Below are positions 25,769 through 40,500 of a stretch of DNA of 64,000 nucleotides, piece after piece; within the stretch, counting starts at the first letter, position 1; every line of letters begins with the position of its first letter. This stretch comes from the human T2T-CHM13v2.0 reference genome, Homo sapiens. The position numbers and the translations under genes were made by a program. The notes under the pieces are model-generated. The model ran no database searches. It was not told where the DNA came from and worked only from the letters and a program-made list of their open reading frames with translations. The DNA lies in assembly GCF_009914755.1 (NCBI RefSeq), contig NC_060928.1; one strand, given 5' to 3'.

Positions 25769-26913
25769 CCTTCTTTTCTACCTTTCCACCCAAACCAATC
25801 CTGAAGAATCCTGATATAGACTTTGGCAGAGGAGGAGGGGCAAATACTTGATTCACACTGTAGGTACCTACAATTAGTCTAGGCCTCCAGTTGTGGAAGA
25901 CACTTTGAAATGAATATAGGATCCACTTTTAGGTTGGACTCGAATTTTTAGATTGGAAAGTGAGTGTTAATTACCGGCATTGTTGTTTCAACAAAATTCA
26001 GCTGGAGAGCTATATAGTATCTGTCTAACCAACCCTGAAGGCATGAGAGAGGGAGGTTTTATGGAGCATGGATGACAGAAATAATGCGAGTGAAAAAAGT
26101 GTTTCAAATAAGCACATTATTAAATTAAAACTGTTCAATATACTAGCTTTACAATGAAGTAATAAAATAGTTGGTAAAGCACTTAAAATAGTGTATGTCT
26201 CATGATAAGGGCTCAATAAATGTTAGCTGCTTTTATAATTGTTGTTTCTCAAAATAAAAATATGAAATTTCCATATGATCCAAAATAGAAAGGGCTGTAT
26301 TGAATAGTAATGATGGAAAATTACAAAGGGAAAGATTAAAGAGCCATGTGTCAGGCATCACATAATAAACGCTGTGAATTTGAACAGAAGATTCTTTCAT
26401 AGTTCCTTTAATTTTAGGATTCTATTATTGTAAGTATGAATTATTTTTCCATTGTGGGGAAAATCTGGTATTTCTTTCAAGTTAAATAAACAATACAACT
26501 CTTCTTACATTTTTTAATTTAAAGAAACGTAGACTATTCCTTTTTATCCTCTAAGAGCATCCACTATTAAATCAATATCATCATCCTATTGGTTTGGAGT
26601 ATTAGCTGCCTTTATCAAATGCAAATCATAAAAACTTGCCTGTCAGTATTCATTCTTTGATGGCTCTTTCTTTATCTTTGAAAATGATACTGACAAGAAT
26701 TGAGTGAAACATCACTACAGTACAGCTAAAACTGTCTGGCAAGGGACTGAGTTTTTATATAACTGTAACTTACTTTCCTTTGTAATAACTCATTTTGAGC
26801 TCCTGCTTAAAGGATATTTCAACAACACAAAACAGATCAGAGGGTAAGCAAAGTATTTCATTTTCTTAAGCAACTGTCACTTTCAGAAATGAAAAACATT
26901 GTGTCTTGACTCA

Positions 26914-27114
<201 letters not shown>

Positions 27115-27550
27115 CTAAAATTGAAAAAGATTTAAAAAACTTCCTACATACTTCAAATGTGCCTAGGGACAGTGTTGCCTCACTGAAAAGATCTAGACAG
27201 AGATGTAGCATTTTTAAGTGAATCTGTTTGACAGCGCGCAGTGTCTTTTCAAATCTCTCAGCCCATAAGCAGTTGTAGACTACTAATTGGCTGTCTAGAA
27301 GGTTTCTAGTTTAAATTCTGTGTGACTACTGAAATACATACAGAAACCACATCTCAATTACAGTCCTCAGTATAGCAGCTCTAAGTAAGGGAAAGCAGGC
27401 AGTCAAGCAAACCAATAAGGTATACTCTCATGACTTTCTAACAGAGTAAAAGACTCAAATTCCCTGGGTGCTTCGTTTCTTTAATACAGAAATTGTAAGT
27501 GGAAATTATAGGTTGATGAATGTGACCCTGAGCTGTTTAGCAGTTAATAA

Positions 27551-28020
<470 letters not shown>

Positions 28021-30268
28021 TAATATTGGATATATTAAAACAAAGTTACACTTTCCCTTGACGTTGTGTTATTTCTTTTAGACTTGCTTTTCTCTTTTCC
28101 TCTGTTGTCTTATTTTGTTTTTGTTTGGTTCAACTGTTTAAGAGGAGGGTGTCTTGTTTGACTAAACCAAATTAAAAATTATTGAAATTGGATTGGGGGA
28201 AAATCTTACTACATTATCAAGTTGTTTTTTATGGCATAAAAATTGATTTGGAGACTTTCTCTTAGTTCATACAATAAACACTTTTATAATATGCCTCTTT
28301 CAGGGTGAAATTATTATTCTCTTAGCTTCAATAGCAGGCAAATCTAGATAATCAAATATTTCATCTATCATCAAATATATATTGAAAGAGAAAGAGGTGA
28401 AGGTTTCCAATATTTTCTTGTAAAAAGACTAACATGTGCCTTCCCATTTTGCAGGAAGGGAAAGATTTAATTTACATTGCAAGGGAAAAAATAGGACTTA
28501 AATTGCTGTTTATGAACCAAAGTTTCAATATATATAAGGAAATAACAGTTTGGGGTCATACTAAAAATTATTTTGGGAATTGAAGTTAGGTTTGAATTAT
28601 TTGCTCTTTAGATATATGGTAACATCATTTGAAGAAGACTTACCTGAAACTTATTCTCATTCGTTAAATATTCATAGGCAAGATTGTATTATGAGTCCTA
28701 GCTATGCATAGATATTCTATAATGTCTTATTAATATTCCTTTTAGAATTGTCATTTGTTGATTATATTAAACCTTAGCCCATAATTTTTCTCCTGATCCT
28801 CTGATCATCCTTCATGTCTTCAATAAATCTCAAGTTCCTTATGTTCTCATCTCTCAGTGTATAGATTTTCCACAGGCTGCCACTATACCCCATTTCAGAG
28901 GAATAAGCCTTGAAGGTTTCAGGTTCTCTGTCTCTCACTTTACTCTGTAGCATAACACACTAACACAAATCTTGAAAAATCTACTTTTTACACTTAACTA
29001 AGACACCCACCAATCACACTGGCAATGGATAGTTGTATAACCTCAATCTTGATCAGGCAAAATTTATTAAAGGTAACTCTATTCCCAAAAGAATTCTTAA
29101 TTGAGTTTTCATGTAATGCAAATAATGACACTGATAGGTCTGGAAGAGGAAGGATATCCCCCTAAATACTTTATTGATTAAGCTGACCACTGGAAGTCTT
29201 TGTTTGCTTGGATAAGTTACTTTCTCCCTTCAACAAAGTACAAATCCCCATGAATCACAAAGCAAAAATGTTTTAAAAAAAAAACCCTTATAATCTGAAA
29301 AGAACTTATTGTTAGACTACCAGTGGATGTAATTTTTAAAAGTTGAATTAAATATGAAAACATGCATATTACTTTGAGAATGAGAGCTATCAAATTGTAT
29401 AGGGAAAAATAAACAATGACAGATCTCTATCTTCACAAGGGTTTTAGACATTGAGGATATTCAACTTGATGACACTGAACATATTTAGAATTAAGCAAAT
29501 ATTGTTTATCATAAGGAATTCAAACTCAAAAAGTATGACATTACAGATCACCCATAACATTCTGTTGTAGCAATATGCACAGTTTTTCACAGAAAAAATG
29601 TCAATTATATACCATATCAATACAGCAAGCAATTACTTTCATAGAAAAGAGTTTTGACTTCTGTGAAATATAACAATATGAGTTAGTGATCAATTTTCCA
29701 TAGTGTAGACGTAACAGTTTTTAAATAGCTATTACAATACCTCCAGGAAATCAAAACTTTTTGAAGGAATAGCTCTTTTTTCCCTACAATGTAAATCCTT
29801 AAAAGGTGGGAGCTAGATATTTCTGTATTTATTTTACAAGTAAGGACAGTATAATGCAGAGAGCTTAAACTACCCAATAATATTATACATGTTTACTTAT
29901 TCATATATATGTGTGTATACACAGACACATACATACTATATATATATATATAACCTTTAATGTAGGAGATTCTGTATTTAACTCCTTACTTTGAAATTTA
30001 AGATGATTATTCTTACATGCTGTATCCATTCTGAAGTAAGATTTTTTTATTTTTAGTATCTTCAGAAAAAATGAATTATGAAACTCAGATATTCTAAAGT
30101 TAATATTTAAATTTGCTGATACATAAAAGGAAGAATTTTTTGACTTTTGATTTTCTCTCTCCCTCTCCCCCTCATTCTCTCTCTTTCTTTTTGACTTTGT
30201 TGCAGGAATGCTCTTTTAGCTATTTCTTTCAGAATCTTTAAAAATAAATGGCTCTGGTCTAGTGTTTA

Positions 30269-30529
<261 letters not shown>

Positions 30530-31264
30530 CTAGCAACACCAATCACTGGGGGAAAATATGAGAGGTCTGTATTCAATCCCCCAAATTGATACTATCAGTC
30601 GCTAAAATTCATATGCAATTTCTATCTGAAGGAGATTGGAAAATGGTAGGAAGTATATGGCTAACTTGGTGACATTTATTTTTCCTCTGCTTGGTCAAAG
30701 CAGATAAAGGTTTTGAAAACCCTGGCCAAAAATCTTATGTAGTTGCCTTTTTCTGCATCATAACTCTTTTATTCTCAGTCATCAGAAGGGTTTGTTCACA
30801 CTCCAACCTAGTATCTGCCTTGGGTCAACACCGTACTATTTTGATGTGATTTAAAAGAAGCTAGCTGGATAGACATATTAAGGTAAAGAAGAAATGGACA
30901 GAGGTGATAAGGGAGTTTCTGTAACAGCAGATGGGAGACGGGTGACTGAGCAGTGATCAGGTCAATGTTAGCAATTTTTGGAAGTTTGTCGTCTTTGTCA
31001 AGGGCACTGAAATTATTTCAGTTACATTAACTCATAAGGCTCAATGGATGGCTATTTTAAAATAAAGGAATGGCGTGACTCTAAGAGACTGGAGTACTTA
31101 AAGGTATGGTTAGAAAATTTGATAAAATAATTTGGCAGAGTCTGGCAGTAGGAAGAAAAATTTGACTTTTCAGTGGACCATTATCAAATTCATTGCATAG
31201 GTCCCTCTTACAATTGTTATCAATGCCATTGGGCTATCACTTTTTCCTACCAATGGTAATGAGC

Positions 31265-31560
31265 ACTATATTAAAATTACAAACTGCCAGCCTATATGTT
31301 TAATCAGGCCTGCAAATATGTTACATTGTCTAACACAAGCTATTTACTAATAAAGTGGGTTGCCATTATTTAAAATTTAGAGATTTGCACATGAAGAAAA
31401 TCTTTCCCTGAAACGCTGGTGATCTGATAATATTAGCTATTGTCAATTACCACGTGAACTCTGCTGGTGCAAGTCGTGACGGATCTTCAGGTAGATTAGG
31501 AGCACTTATAGGCTCTAACCTGACACCTTTATTAATGACTTGCCTGGGCTATTTACACGT
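31265..31560. mobile_element. MER103C-like hAT-Charlie fragment
   Basis: ggcctgcaaatatg...gttgccattatttaaaatttagagatttgcacatgaa. Confidence 0.5.
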
Positions 31561-31945
31561 TTTCTTGCTCTGCCTGATACACTAAGAGAAAATCGAACAC
31601 TTGTAAGACCTTATTTTTTCCTTTTTTCCCTTTTTACATTTCTTTTTTAAAATTTTTCTTTTCCTCTCTTATTCCCTTCTACTTCTCTGCATTTTTTTTT
31701 TCAAATTAAGACTTACTTAAATAAAACTTTAGGGGCATATAATTTGGATTTGTGTGAGTTTTCTGAAACAAACCTATGTTCATTTTGGAGTGTAATTATT
31801 GTGGCTCCATAAATTTCTGTTCTATTAAAAACTTAAGCTTTAAAGTGGCCCAAATTCAACTTCAACATCACAGCATCATCATCACAGCACAACATCACAA
31901 TATATAAATAACATCTTGAATAACTAAATTATTCCCCAATCCTAC

Positions 31946-32007
31946 CTTCAAAAATGTATCTAAAGAGCCATTCTCCATATACTCTGTCACGATCATCACT
32001 GGTTTAC
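31946..32007 (-). CDS. EPHA5: EPHA5 kinase hinge exon (approx. 13): [21 protein letters not shown]
   Basis: ttttcag|GTAAACCAGTG ... TTTTTGAAG|gtagga; 62 nt; supplies the segment needed between the flanking exons. Confidence 0.96.
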
Positions 32008-32103
32008 CTGAAAAGAAAACAGAGTGATATAACCTGCTGCTCTTCGATTTTGCATTCTTATCTGGCAAAGCTTACCCAGAAGTTTTTATTAGTGTCAAAA
32101 TTG

Positions 32104-32302
32104 TATATATATATATATATATTTAAAATATTTAAATAAAAATATTAAAAAATAAAATTTATTAAATGAAATAAAGATATTTAAATATTTAAAAATATTT
32201 TAATATATTTAATATTTTAAAAACATTTTTAATATATTTAATATTTTAAAAACATTTTTTAAAGTATTTTAAAACTATTTAAATATTTAAATATTTAAAA
32301 AT
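32104..32302. repeat. Almost pure A/T low-complexity tract with approx. 30-bp direct repeats
   Basis: tttttaatatatttaatattttaaaa(a)cat repeated; tttaaatatttaaa palindromes. Confidence 0.9.
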
Positions 32303-32413
32303 GTCCTCTTTAAGAAAGAAGATAATTCCTGATATGATGATATCTTAGTGTTATGGTTGAGTCAGTGAGAAAAATGTATCACAAGGTTAATAACAGACTG
32401 ATATTTAAGATTT

Positions 32414-32439
32414 ACACACACACACACACACACACACAC
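32414..32439. repeat. (CA)n microsatellite
   Basis: Direct reading. Confidence 0.95.
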
Positions 32440-32869
32440 CCTTGCCAATATCATCACTAATTTATGTAGGAAATGTGTTTAAGAATAATTCTATGAGTAT
32501 TAGGATAAATTTTATTTTAATAGAAATAATGATATAATGTATCCAATAATATTCAGCGAAACACTTGGAACATATTCATCTTTCTAATTCTCACAATTCT
32601 AAATAAAAACTCCATCCTATATAACTGCCCTGTTTATGATCCTTTGAATGTATATTGCATTTTCCTACCTTTACCTCTATGTTTTTGTAACTCCTTTCCT
32701 TATGGCTACCTGCCCTTCCTCTCTCTGCTACACACTTAAAATCTCGATTAACCCCACTTTTCTTTTCATTTTTTAAAGCTCTGTTCTAATTGTTATGTGA
32801 AAGATTTCCTTAGCAGTCATTAATTATGAAGAAAATGGTTCTCCTTCTTTCATATCTGACATTGACATG

Positions 32870-33110
32870 TAGCCTAGAGGTCAGCTGGACAGACTCTAGA
32901 GCCATACTTCTTGGATTTTCATCCCAGAGCAATCACTTATTATTATGGATCCCGGGCAAGTCAATTCTTATCTCTGTGCCTCAGTTTTCTCATATGTAAA
33001 ATGAGGATAGCAATGGCGCCTACCTCATAGGGTTGTTGCGAGTATCCGCTAAGTCATATGGTTATCCAAGGCACTTAAAATAGTTCCTATTACTCAGAAT
33101 TTGCTATGCA
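32870..33110 (+). mobile_element. MIR
   Basis: gggcaagtca...ctctgtgcctcagttttctcatatgtaaaatgaggata...cctacctcatagggttgttg. Confidence 0.85.
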
Positions 33111-36100
33111 AGGATTTAACATTTTAAAAATACATTTGATCAACTTTGTGTGTTAGCTTCCTTGCTAGATGTAAGTTGACCAAGAGAATAGATCATCTCA
33201 TTCCATATAAAATTGTGACATTTCATACCTAGTATGTCTGTAATACAAGATGAAAATTGCAAGATAAAAAATTATTGCTATATGAGAAAATATCTAGAAA
33301 ACAGTTGCTAGTTTTATCATTCCACATTTTCACTATATTTTAAGACACACCCCTTTACTCTTTAATAGAAACATATGACATAAAACTAGTTTTAATTTAA
33401 AATATTTTGAGTTAAGAAAACAGAGACCTATGATAATAAAATTACCATATATGTCCATTAATTAACTTTTTAATTTATGAAGAGAAACAAATACTATACA
33501 ATTGTGAAATGCATTATAATTAATTTAATGGCATTCTTCAGAAGAGTGTCTGTATTTTACTGGATAATTGATTGACTCAGGTCATAGAATGACAGCTTGC
33601 ATATTTACACATATCATATTATCCAGAAGTACAACTATAGATATAGAACATATGATTAATACATATGAAAAAGAAATAACTGGGAAGAAAAAAGAATGTT
33701 TTAGTCCCATATCACTTAAAACTCACCGTTTATAATAATAATATAGGACAAGTAAGTCTAATTCTCACTTAATTATCTTCTTATAAAATACTCGAGACAA
33801 TATTTCTTTAAATGGAATGTGATAAGTGTATTGCAAAGGCAGCCACATTTCCTCATCCTCTAAAGTTTATAAAAGTTGTAAAAATGTTTGTCTAAAATAC
33901 TTTATTTGACACAGGTTTGTAGATGCCTATGTTAGGTGAGAGATCACATATGCAGAGAATGTGCATTTTGGATGTAATTTAATCTGCACCTTGAAGAGTG
34001 CAGGGATCACAGGTGTAATAAAAGGTGGCCAGAGTTCCAGGAAGAGAGGTGGCACATGTCTATGCATATTGTCAAGAAAGAGCCCATGAAGTTTAAATAC
34101 AGTCACAACTCTGAATTTTTTTCTCTTCTTAAATCATAAAGTTACAAGAGATGAGGTGACAAATACTGACCTTAAAACTAGATGGAAGTGAAATTTCTTA
34201 GTAGAAAAATAATTATTTAGGTTGTATTTGTAAATGGCTCAAGAACAGATCAGGAAAAAATTGATAATGAAATTTTTATCATTAGTATAATTTTAATCTA
34301 CATTCATGAATAAAAAATGCTTGCAACTTAAACTTTATTTTAACTATATTGTCAGACTCTTTTTAAAGGACCTCAGGCAAACTCTAAAATAGACACAGTT
34401 CTGCTTTGGGCTCTTTTCGTCCCATTCTCACATCTCTGAGCCCATTTCAACCTTTTATATTCATCTGAAGTCCTGTTCTTTCAAGAATACAAAACTAATA
34501 TACCTCTCCCAGTAGTGATAGCCCCACTGTTTGGGCACGGGTATCTATATGTCAGAATTTATACCAGCGATAATGCTGAGGTATCCTGGATCACCCTATG
34601 ATATTAAGGCATTATCCCATCATTTGCCCAGTTTCAGGAATTTGAAAGAACTCAGCGAAGAAACTGTTACTCACATAAAGGGGACACATGGGCAACTCCG
34701 GCATCAGTTTTTAGAAAGATTTCAATCAATTTACAAGGAATAGAGTCAAAGGGTATGTACCTGACAAAGATCAGCCCTAATCTAACTAAAAGGAGGACTA
34801 GATTTTCTGGAATCAGCCTATAATTCCAGAAATCCTCCATGTGTGGCTCTTTTACTTGGATTCTGCCTGATTTATCCCCTCATTTACAGAAATCTATTGA
34901 GAGGGTTGTCACATTATAATAAATTGAAAGAACTGAATTCCAGCAAACATCTAGAGAATATAGTCGCAGCTTTTCCTGCTTGGCACCTCTCAGCTCATAT
35001 CACATGAACAGACGCTGTGCTCCACTAATCTATGTTATCATTATCTACTTTACCCCATGTCCTTTATGTTTTCAGGGCTTTTCCTGCATTTCTACTTACA
35101 GCACTTTCAGTTTCTTTCTTCTTTCTTTTGTAGAATTTCTTCTTTCTGCCTATCTTTTTATATTTTAGGCTCTCTTTTTAGAGTTATGGGTTAGTGGTAA
35201 ATATGACCACTGCTCACCCAAGGTCTACTGAGTAGGATTTAGATGGAATTCTCATATAAAATTATCTCTTTCTTTGAAAATCTGTATCTTAGATTCAACC
35301 CCAAATTCATTGAGCTAAGAAGACAGAATTTATACCCTAAAGAGAATGTGCTGATCAGACAACTTATTAACACTGAATAGTATATATTTGGGGAAAAAAA
35401 GGGAGATGGGCACCTGGTATTCATCCTGTAGGATTTTTCAGCTAGTGTCATCTAATTTTAAAAGCCAGATTAATTATTTATGACAGTGTAGGTTGTGATG
35501 TGAAAAGCAAAAACATTATTTGAGAAAGATGATAAGGACCTAAAACACCTCTCATATTTCACATGATGGGGGAAAAGCAATTAAAATGAATGTTTGCAAA
35601 CAAGTATGATCTTCTTTTGTTGACAAGAATAAGACACTTCAGGACCCATTCGATTATTCTTCATGCGTGAGTCATTTTAATGCTAATTACATTTAGTTTG
35701 GCTTATGTTTTGTCTCAGCAAAACATAGCCTGCTAGCCTGCAAAAATGACATAGCAATAATTAACATGGCTTACTCTAACCCTTGTAAATTCAATAAAAC
35801 TGTATAAATCATATTCCATTATCCAGCTTGAAGTACAGACAAAGACTAGATCTGCCAATATTTTTGAAAGCATGTTATCAAAAATCCATATAAAAATAAC
35901 TCATAAAGCATGTCAAAACATGATTTTAATCACAGGGGAGAGTTTTTATATTACTTTATATTATTTACTGAAGGCCCAGCCCAGGGAGAAGTAACAGAAA
36001 TACATTATTTGAGAAATTTACCTTTATTATTGATAACCATAAAAGAGCTCAAATTTATTGAGCATCTACTCTTTATAAGGCAATGTTATGAATTTATATT

Positions 36101-36514
36101 ATAATTCTATAACTGTGATATTATAATAGACTTTTTCAGAGAAGGCAAGTAAGGCTCAGAAAGGTTCAATATATTACTCGGGTTGTCTGGAGCAAGTTAT
36201 ATAAGGAGTAAAGTTGAGAATCAAATTTGTATCTATCTGAATATTAAGGCTGTTTTCCTTTCTCCCATACTGAGATGTCTACAAATTCAAAATATTTACT
36301 TTGATTTCATTTTAAAAACTCACAAATATTCATTTTTTTGTGTTAATACAAACTTGGGAATCACAAATATGTCATAACTATTCAACCATTGATGGCAGAT
36401 CTAGTTCAGGAATTTACCTTTTCTCAATAAATATTCTATTTTTATATATGCTCATTACCCACATATGATCCAAGCAGTGTATTGTGAACAATCTTGGATT
36501 ACATGCATAAGAGC

Positions 36515-36760
36515 TACTTAAAGTAGTTAAACCCACAGAAGCAGAAAGTAGAAAGGTAGTTTCCAGGAGCTGTGGGAACAGGGAAGTGGAGGGTTGGTGT
36601 TCAATGTGTACAAAGTTACAGTATGCAAGATGAAAAAGTACTAAAGATCTGCTGTACAACAGTGTGTGTAGGGGTAATAATACTGTATTGTACACTTGAA
36701 AAAAAATTAAAGGCGTATAGCTCAAGGTGTGTGTGTATGTTTTTTCTACAATTAAAAAAA
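36515..36760 (+). mobile_element. L1MA/L1MB 3' end fragment
   Basis: agaagcagaaagtagaa...tacaaagttacagtatgcaagatgaaaaagtacta...gatctgctgtacaac...ctacaattaaaaaaa. Confidence 0.8.
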
Positions 36761-36913
36761 TGAGTTTTTTTAACTTATTATGTGACTTTTTTGGTGCTAA
36801 CGTCCATCACAAATCTCCAAAAGAGAAGAGAATATGCCGTTCCTGGTAATACAATCCTTTGCCATAAGACATCTCAAAGTTAGGTGAAACAAATTTGGGG
36901 AATGTTGATCTAG

Positions 36914-37070
36914 TCCTTGTTTCTCAGAATATGATATCTGACAAGCAGCATAGACATGGCCTGGGAACTTATTAGAAATGTAAAATACCATTCCCCAATC
37001 AGATCTATTGAAACAGATTCTGCAATTTAGCAATATCCCCAGAGGCACATTAAATTTTGTGAAACACTAA
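36914..37070. mobile_element. MER5A-like element, internally shortened
   Basis: cctgggaacttattagaaatg...gaaacagattctgcaatttagcaatatcccca. Confidence 0.7.
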
Positions 37071-38329
37071 ACTAGGCCACATCACAAGAGTTGCTGCTAA
37101 ATATAGGCTTATTATTTTTATTTGCATTCATACCATCTGCCTTTCCCAAACCATTAGCTCATCAATAAACACATGATACCACTTAAGGCTATCAGTGAAC
37201 ATTTCATTTAGAAGCCTCATAATTCACTGGAAAATTATTGTCACTGGATTTCTCTTAGAAATATATTTTAAGACTTGTAAATGATTAAAAGTAAGCCTCT
37301 GCTTATAGACCTATAGTATGATTTCATTATGCCATCTTATTTGCATTGTTTTCTATTTAGTATACTTATCTTTGCAGCTGTTTAAAATGTCTTTTATTCT
37401 TACCCCAAAAGAAACTTAGGATAACACAAATATGGTGAATCAATTATTAATGGATAATGGTCAACCAGAAAATAGGATCTTGTACTTGTAGTAGGAATAG
37501 GTAATGCTTATTAAAAGGGGAAAAAACAAAACAACAAAGATAAAAACAAACTATGAGACAGAACTTAGAAATGTACTCAGATATTTTAATTTTATTATGG
37601 TTCTTATTTGCTGGCTAACATGTTGGGACAAGTCCTTTGTAAAATTATATAATTTCAGATTGGGCAAATAAGATAAAATCAAAAGCTTGTATACCTCACC
37701 TGAGACAGGAGCATGGAAATGCAAAATGTCTCTATGGGTAGAAATTTCAAGCTTTCCAAAATATCCTCTTTATTTCGGAATGTTTACCTTGATATAAACC
37801 TTTTCAATAGATGTTCGTTTCTCAAATTAAAAACAAACTAGAATTGCTCTTACATTAGCGAAAGTGGTTAATACAGTAATTATGGAGTCAGAAATTATAG
37901 ACTTTTCAGAAGAGATGGAGAATCTAAAAATGATCAACTCTGACAACTTGGTTGTATTAACAATGAAAATAACTTTAAAACACAGTTTCATTTACTAACT
38001 GTCAATCTGCAAGTCAGCAAATCTCTTTCTATAAACCTATATTTTTTTCAGATGATTGAGATTTAGATTCTTTCAGAGACAGCACTTGTAAATCTCTCAT
38101 TTTTAGTGTACGTGTATTTATTAAAAACCTGTATCTGCCTTAAAGAAAAACAAGAACCAAATTAATGAGCTTGGTTCTGTCTCCACTTCAGTTTTAAAGT
38201 TGTTTATGTATATCATTGTTTATAACTGGTTCATATAATTTTATTTCTTCTTGTGAAGTGGAAGATATAAAATTAAAGTTTACTCATACTTCAAACATTT
38301 TTCTTTTTACTTCTTGAGACTAAAGCTAA

Positions 38330-39270
38330 ATCCAACTTTATGCACAACATCTGTAATTGTATGCTAATAGGTATCTCCAATTTAACATGTCCACAACTGA
38401 ACTACTGATTACCAAGCTTAATCTTGTTCCTCATAAGCTTTTCTCCATAAATTGCAACTCCTTTTTTGGAGGTACTCAAGACAAATAATTTATAGTTATC
38501 ATTGACGCCTCACTTTTTCTCATACTTCACATCCAATTCACAAGAAGGTTTACTGTGATTGCCTTCAAAATATCTACAAAATCCAACCACTACCCTCTAC
38601 CATGCTAGGTCATTATACTGACCTAATCCATAATGATCTGCGAACAATGTCAATTAGCTTCCAGTGCCTCCCTGCTTCAACACTGGGTCCTACCACCTCT
38701 TCTTAACCCAGCAGCCTTTCTGGTCCTGTTAATGTGTAAATCAAATTCTATCCCATGTTAGCTCTACGTCTTCAAAGTTCAGATTAAGAGATGGTCTTTG
38801 CAGGCACCAAAGAGTTTTTACATTGTCTATTCTCCTACTACATCGTTAATCTAAATTCTTACCAAAGACTCCTCTCAATCATTCCACTGCAGCGCCAATG
38901 GCCTTCTTGCTGTTTCTCGAACCTTCCAGGCAAGTTCCCTTAGAGCATTGCTAGTCCCTCTTCCTGTAACAGTCTGCCTCCAAATGTCTGTAAGGCCCAA
39001 AACTTTAATTTGTTCAAGCCTTATCTAAGTAAAATAGAAAACACCCACTCTCAACAGAAGCAACCCCTAATCTCCTTTCCCAGCTTGATTTTCTCCATTT
39101 AACATTATTATCTTAAGTTATTTGTTCATTTAATTTCTGTCTCCATCACCCAAAGGTAAACTCTATAAAGGCAGAAACTCAGTCGGTTTAATCTCTGCTA
39201 TAGCCCCACTGATTAGTAAGAATAGGCATATATTAGGTGATCAGCTAGTATTTTTTGAATAAATGAATGT
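38330..39270 (+). mobile_element. L2 3' region
   Basis: aggtatctccaatttaacatgtcc...cacatccaattc...ggccttcttgctgtttctcgaac...ttgaataaatgaatg. Confidence 0.8.
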
Positions 39271-39319
39271 TTCTTGTCAAGCATGTACAGAATGATGAAA
39301 TATGAGGTTGGTTATATTC

Positions 39320-39550
39320 ACTGTTTAAGAGTTTGGATTTTGGAGTCAGATAGAGCTGTTTTAAAATCTGACATTATTCCCATGCTAGTTTTATGATATT
39401 GGATAAGGTATTTAACTTTTTTAATGTTAATTTTTCCCTTCTGTAAAATGAAAACAAATACTAATGTCTATAGCATAGCTTATTGTGCAGATTAAAAGAG
39501 ATAACATATAAAGAAAACTAAGCTTAGTAAATTCTTAATGCAATGTTAAT
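39320..39550 (+). mobile_element. MIR
   Basis: tttggagtcaga...ggataaggtatttaac...ctgtaaaatg...tattgtgcagattaaa. Confidence 0.65.
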
Positions 39551-39704
39551 AATTAATAGTGGTGTATGCAAGATCTGATTTTCAAACTTTCCTATTAATT
39601 TTATTATTTTTCTTAAAAGCCCATGGTTTTATATAATTAAGTTTTTAAATTTAAAACATAAACTATATCATTCTAACTAGCTTAAGATCTTTACATAGCC
39701 ACAA

Positions 39705-40500
39705 TTTATTCATTCACTATTTTAATTTCTTTCTTTTTTTTAATTACCTAATGTGTCTGGCCCTTTGCTAGACACAAAGGGGGTGACAAACCTATGCTAG
39801 TTTCAACGAGCTCATTGCATAAGAAGGGTGATAAAACATGTGCAGATTTAATTATGAAGTAACATATAGCATGACAGAGTATACAGAAATGCCACTGGTA
39901 TTTAGACAATTACTTCTGACTGAGAATTCATTCATTCAACACATATATAAAGTGCTACACCTGTTGGGCTTGGATCTAGGAACACACAAGTGAGCAAAAC
40001 AAAAACCTCTGCCCTTTGAAGTTCATATTTTAAAACTTGTACTCCAATGTAGAACTGGGAAGTTTTCCTTTACTCAGCTATTCAACATAATTGAAGGCCT
40101 ACTTTATGCCAGGCAGGCACTCAAGATTGAAGGAAAAATGAAGATAAATGACACTGATCTCATAGAGGTCACATTTGAATTAAACCTGAAGGTCGAGTAG
40201 AGAGAAGAGAGGACATTTTAGGTCTGAGTGAAGTATCTCAAGGGGGCAGGGCAAGAATAAGGTAGAGTTTTCCAGAAAGAAAATAGTGAAATATGGAAAT
40301 GTGTATCAGGTTAAGTATGAAAGTCTATGCATTTTGGTTGATTTGTTTGCTTGACTGCTGATGAAGCATGACAGGAAAGCAGTGATTTGAGGGCAATGTG
40401 TATGGAGTGGACTAAAGTGGAAAGTGACAAAATGGGAAGAGTAGTGGAAGACTGTTGGAATAATGTTAGTTAATATATAATAAGACCCTGTATAAAGAAA
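39705..40500 (-). mobile_element. L2 fragments
   Basis: atttattcattca, attcattcattcaacac and cctactttatgccaggca are antisense L2 3' ends. Confidence 0.55.

Noticed and set aside
25490-25804. 104-aa ORF
   Set aside because: Frameshifted fragment of L1 ORF2p, not a host gene.
27228-27246. Isolated GCGCGC in CpG-poor DNA
   Set aside because: Too short to support a regulatory call; there is no CpG island or promoter in the window.
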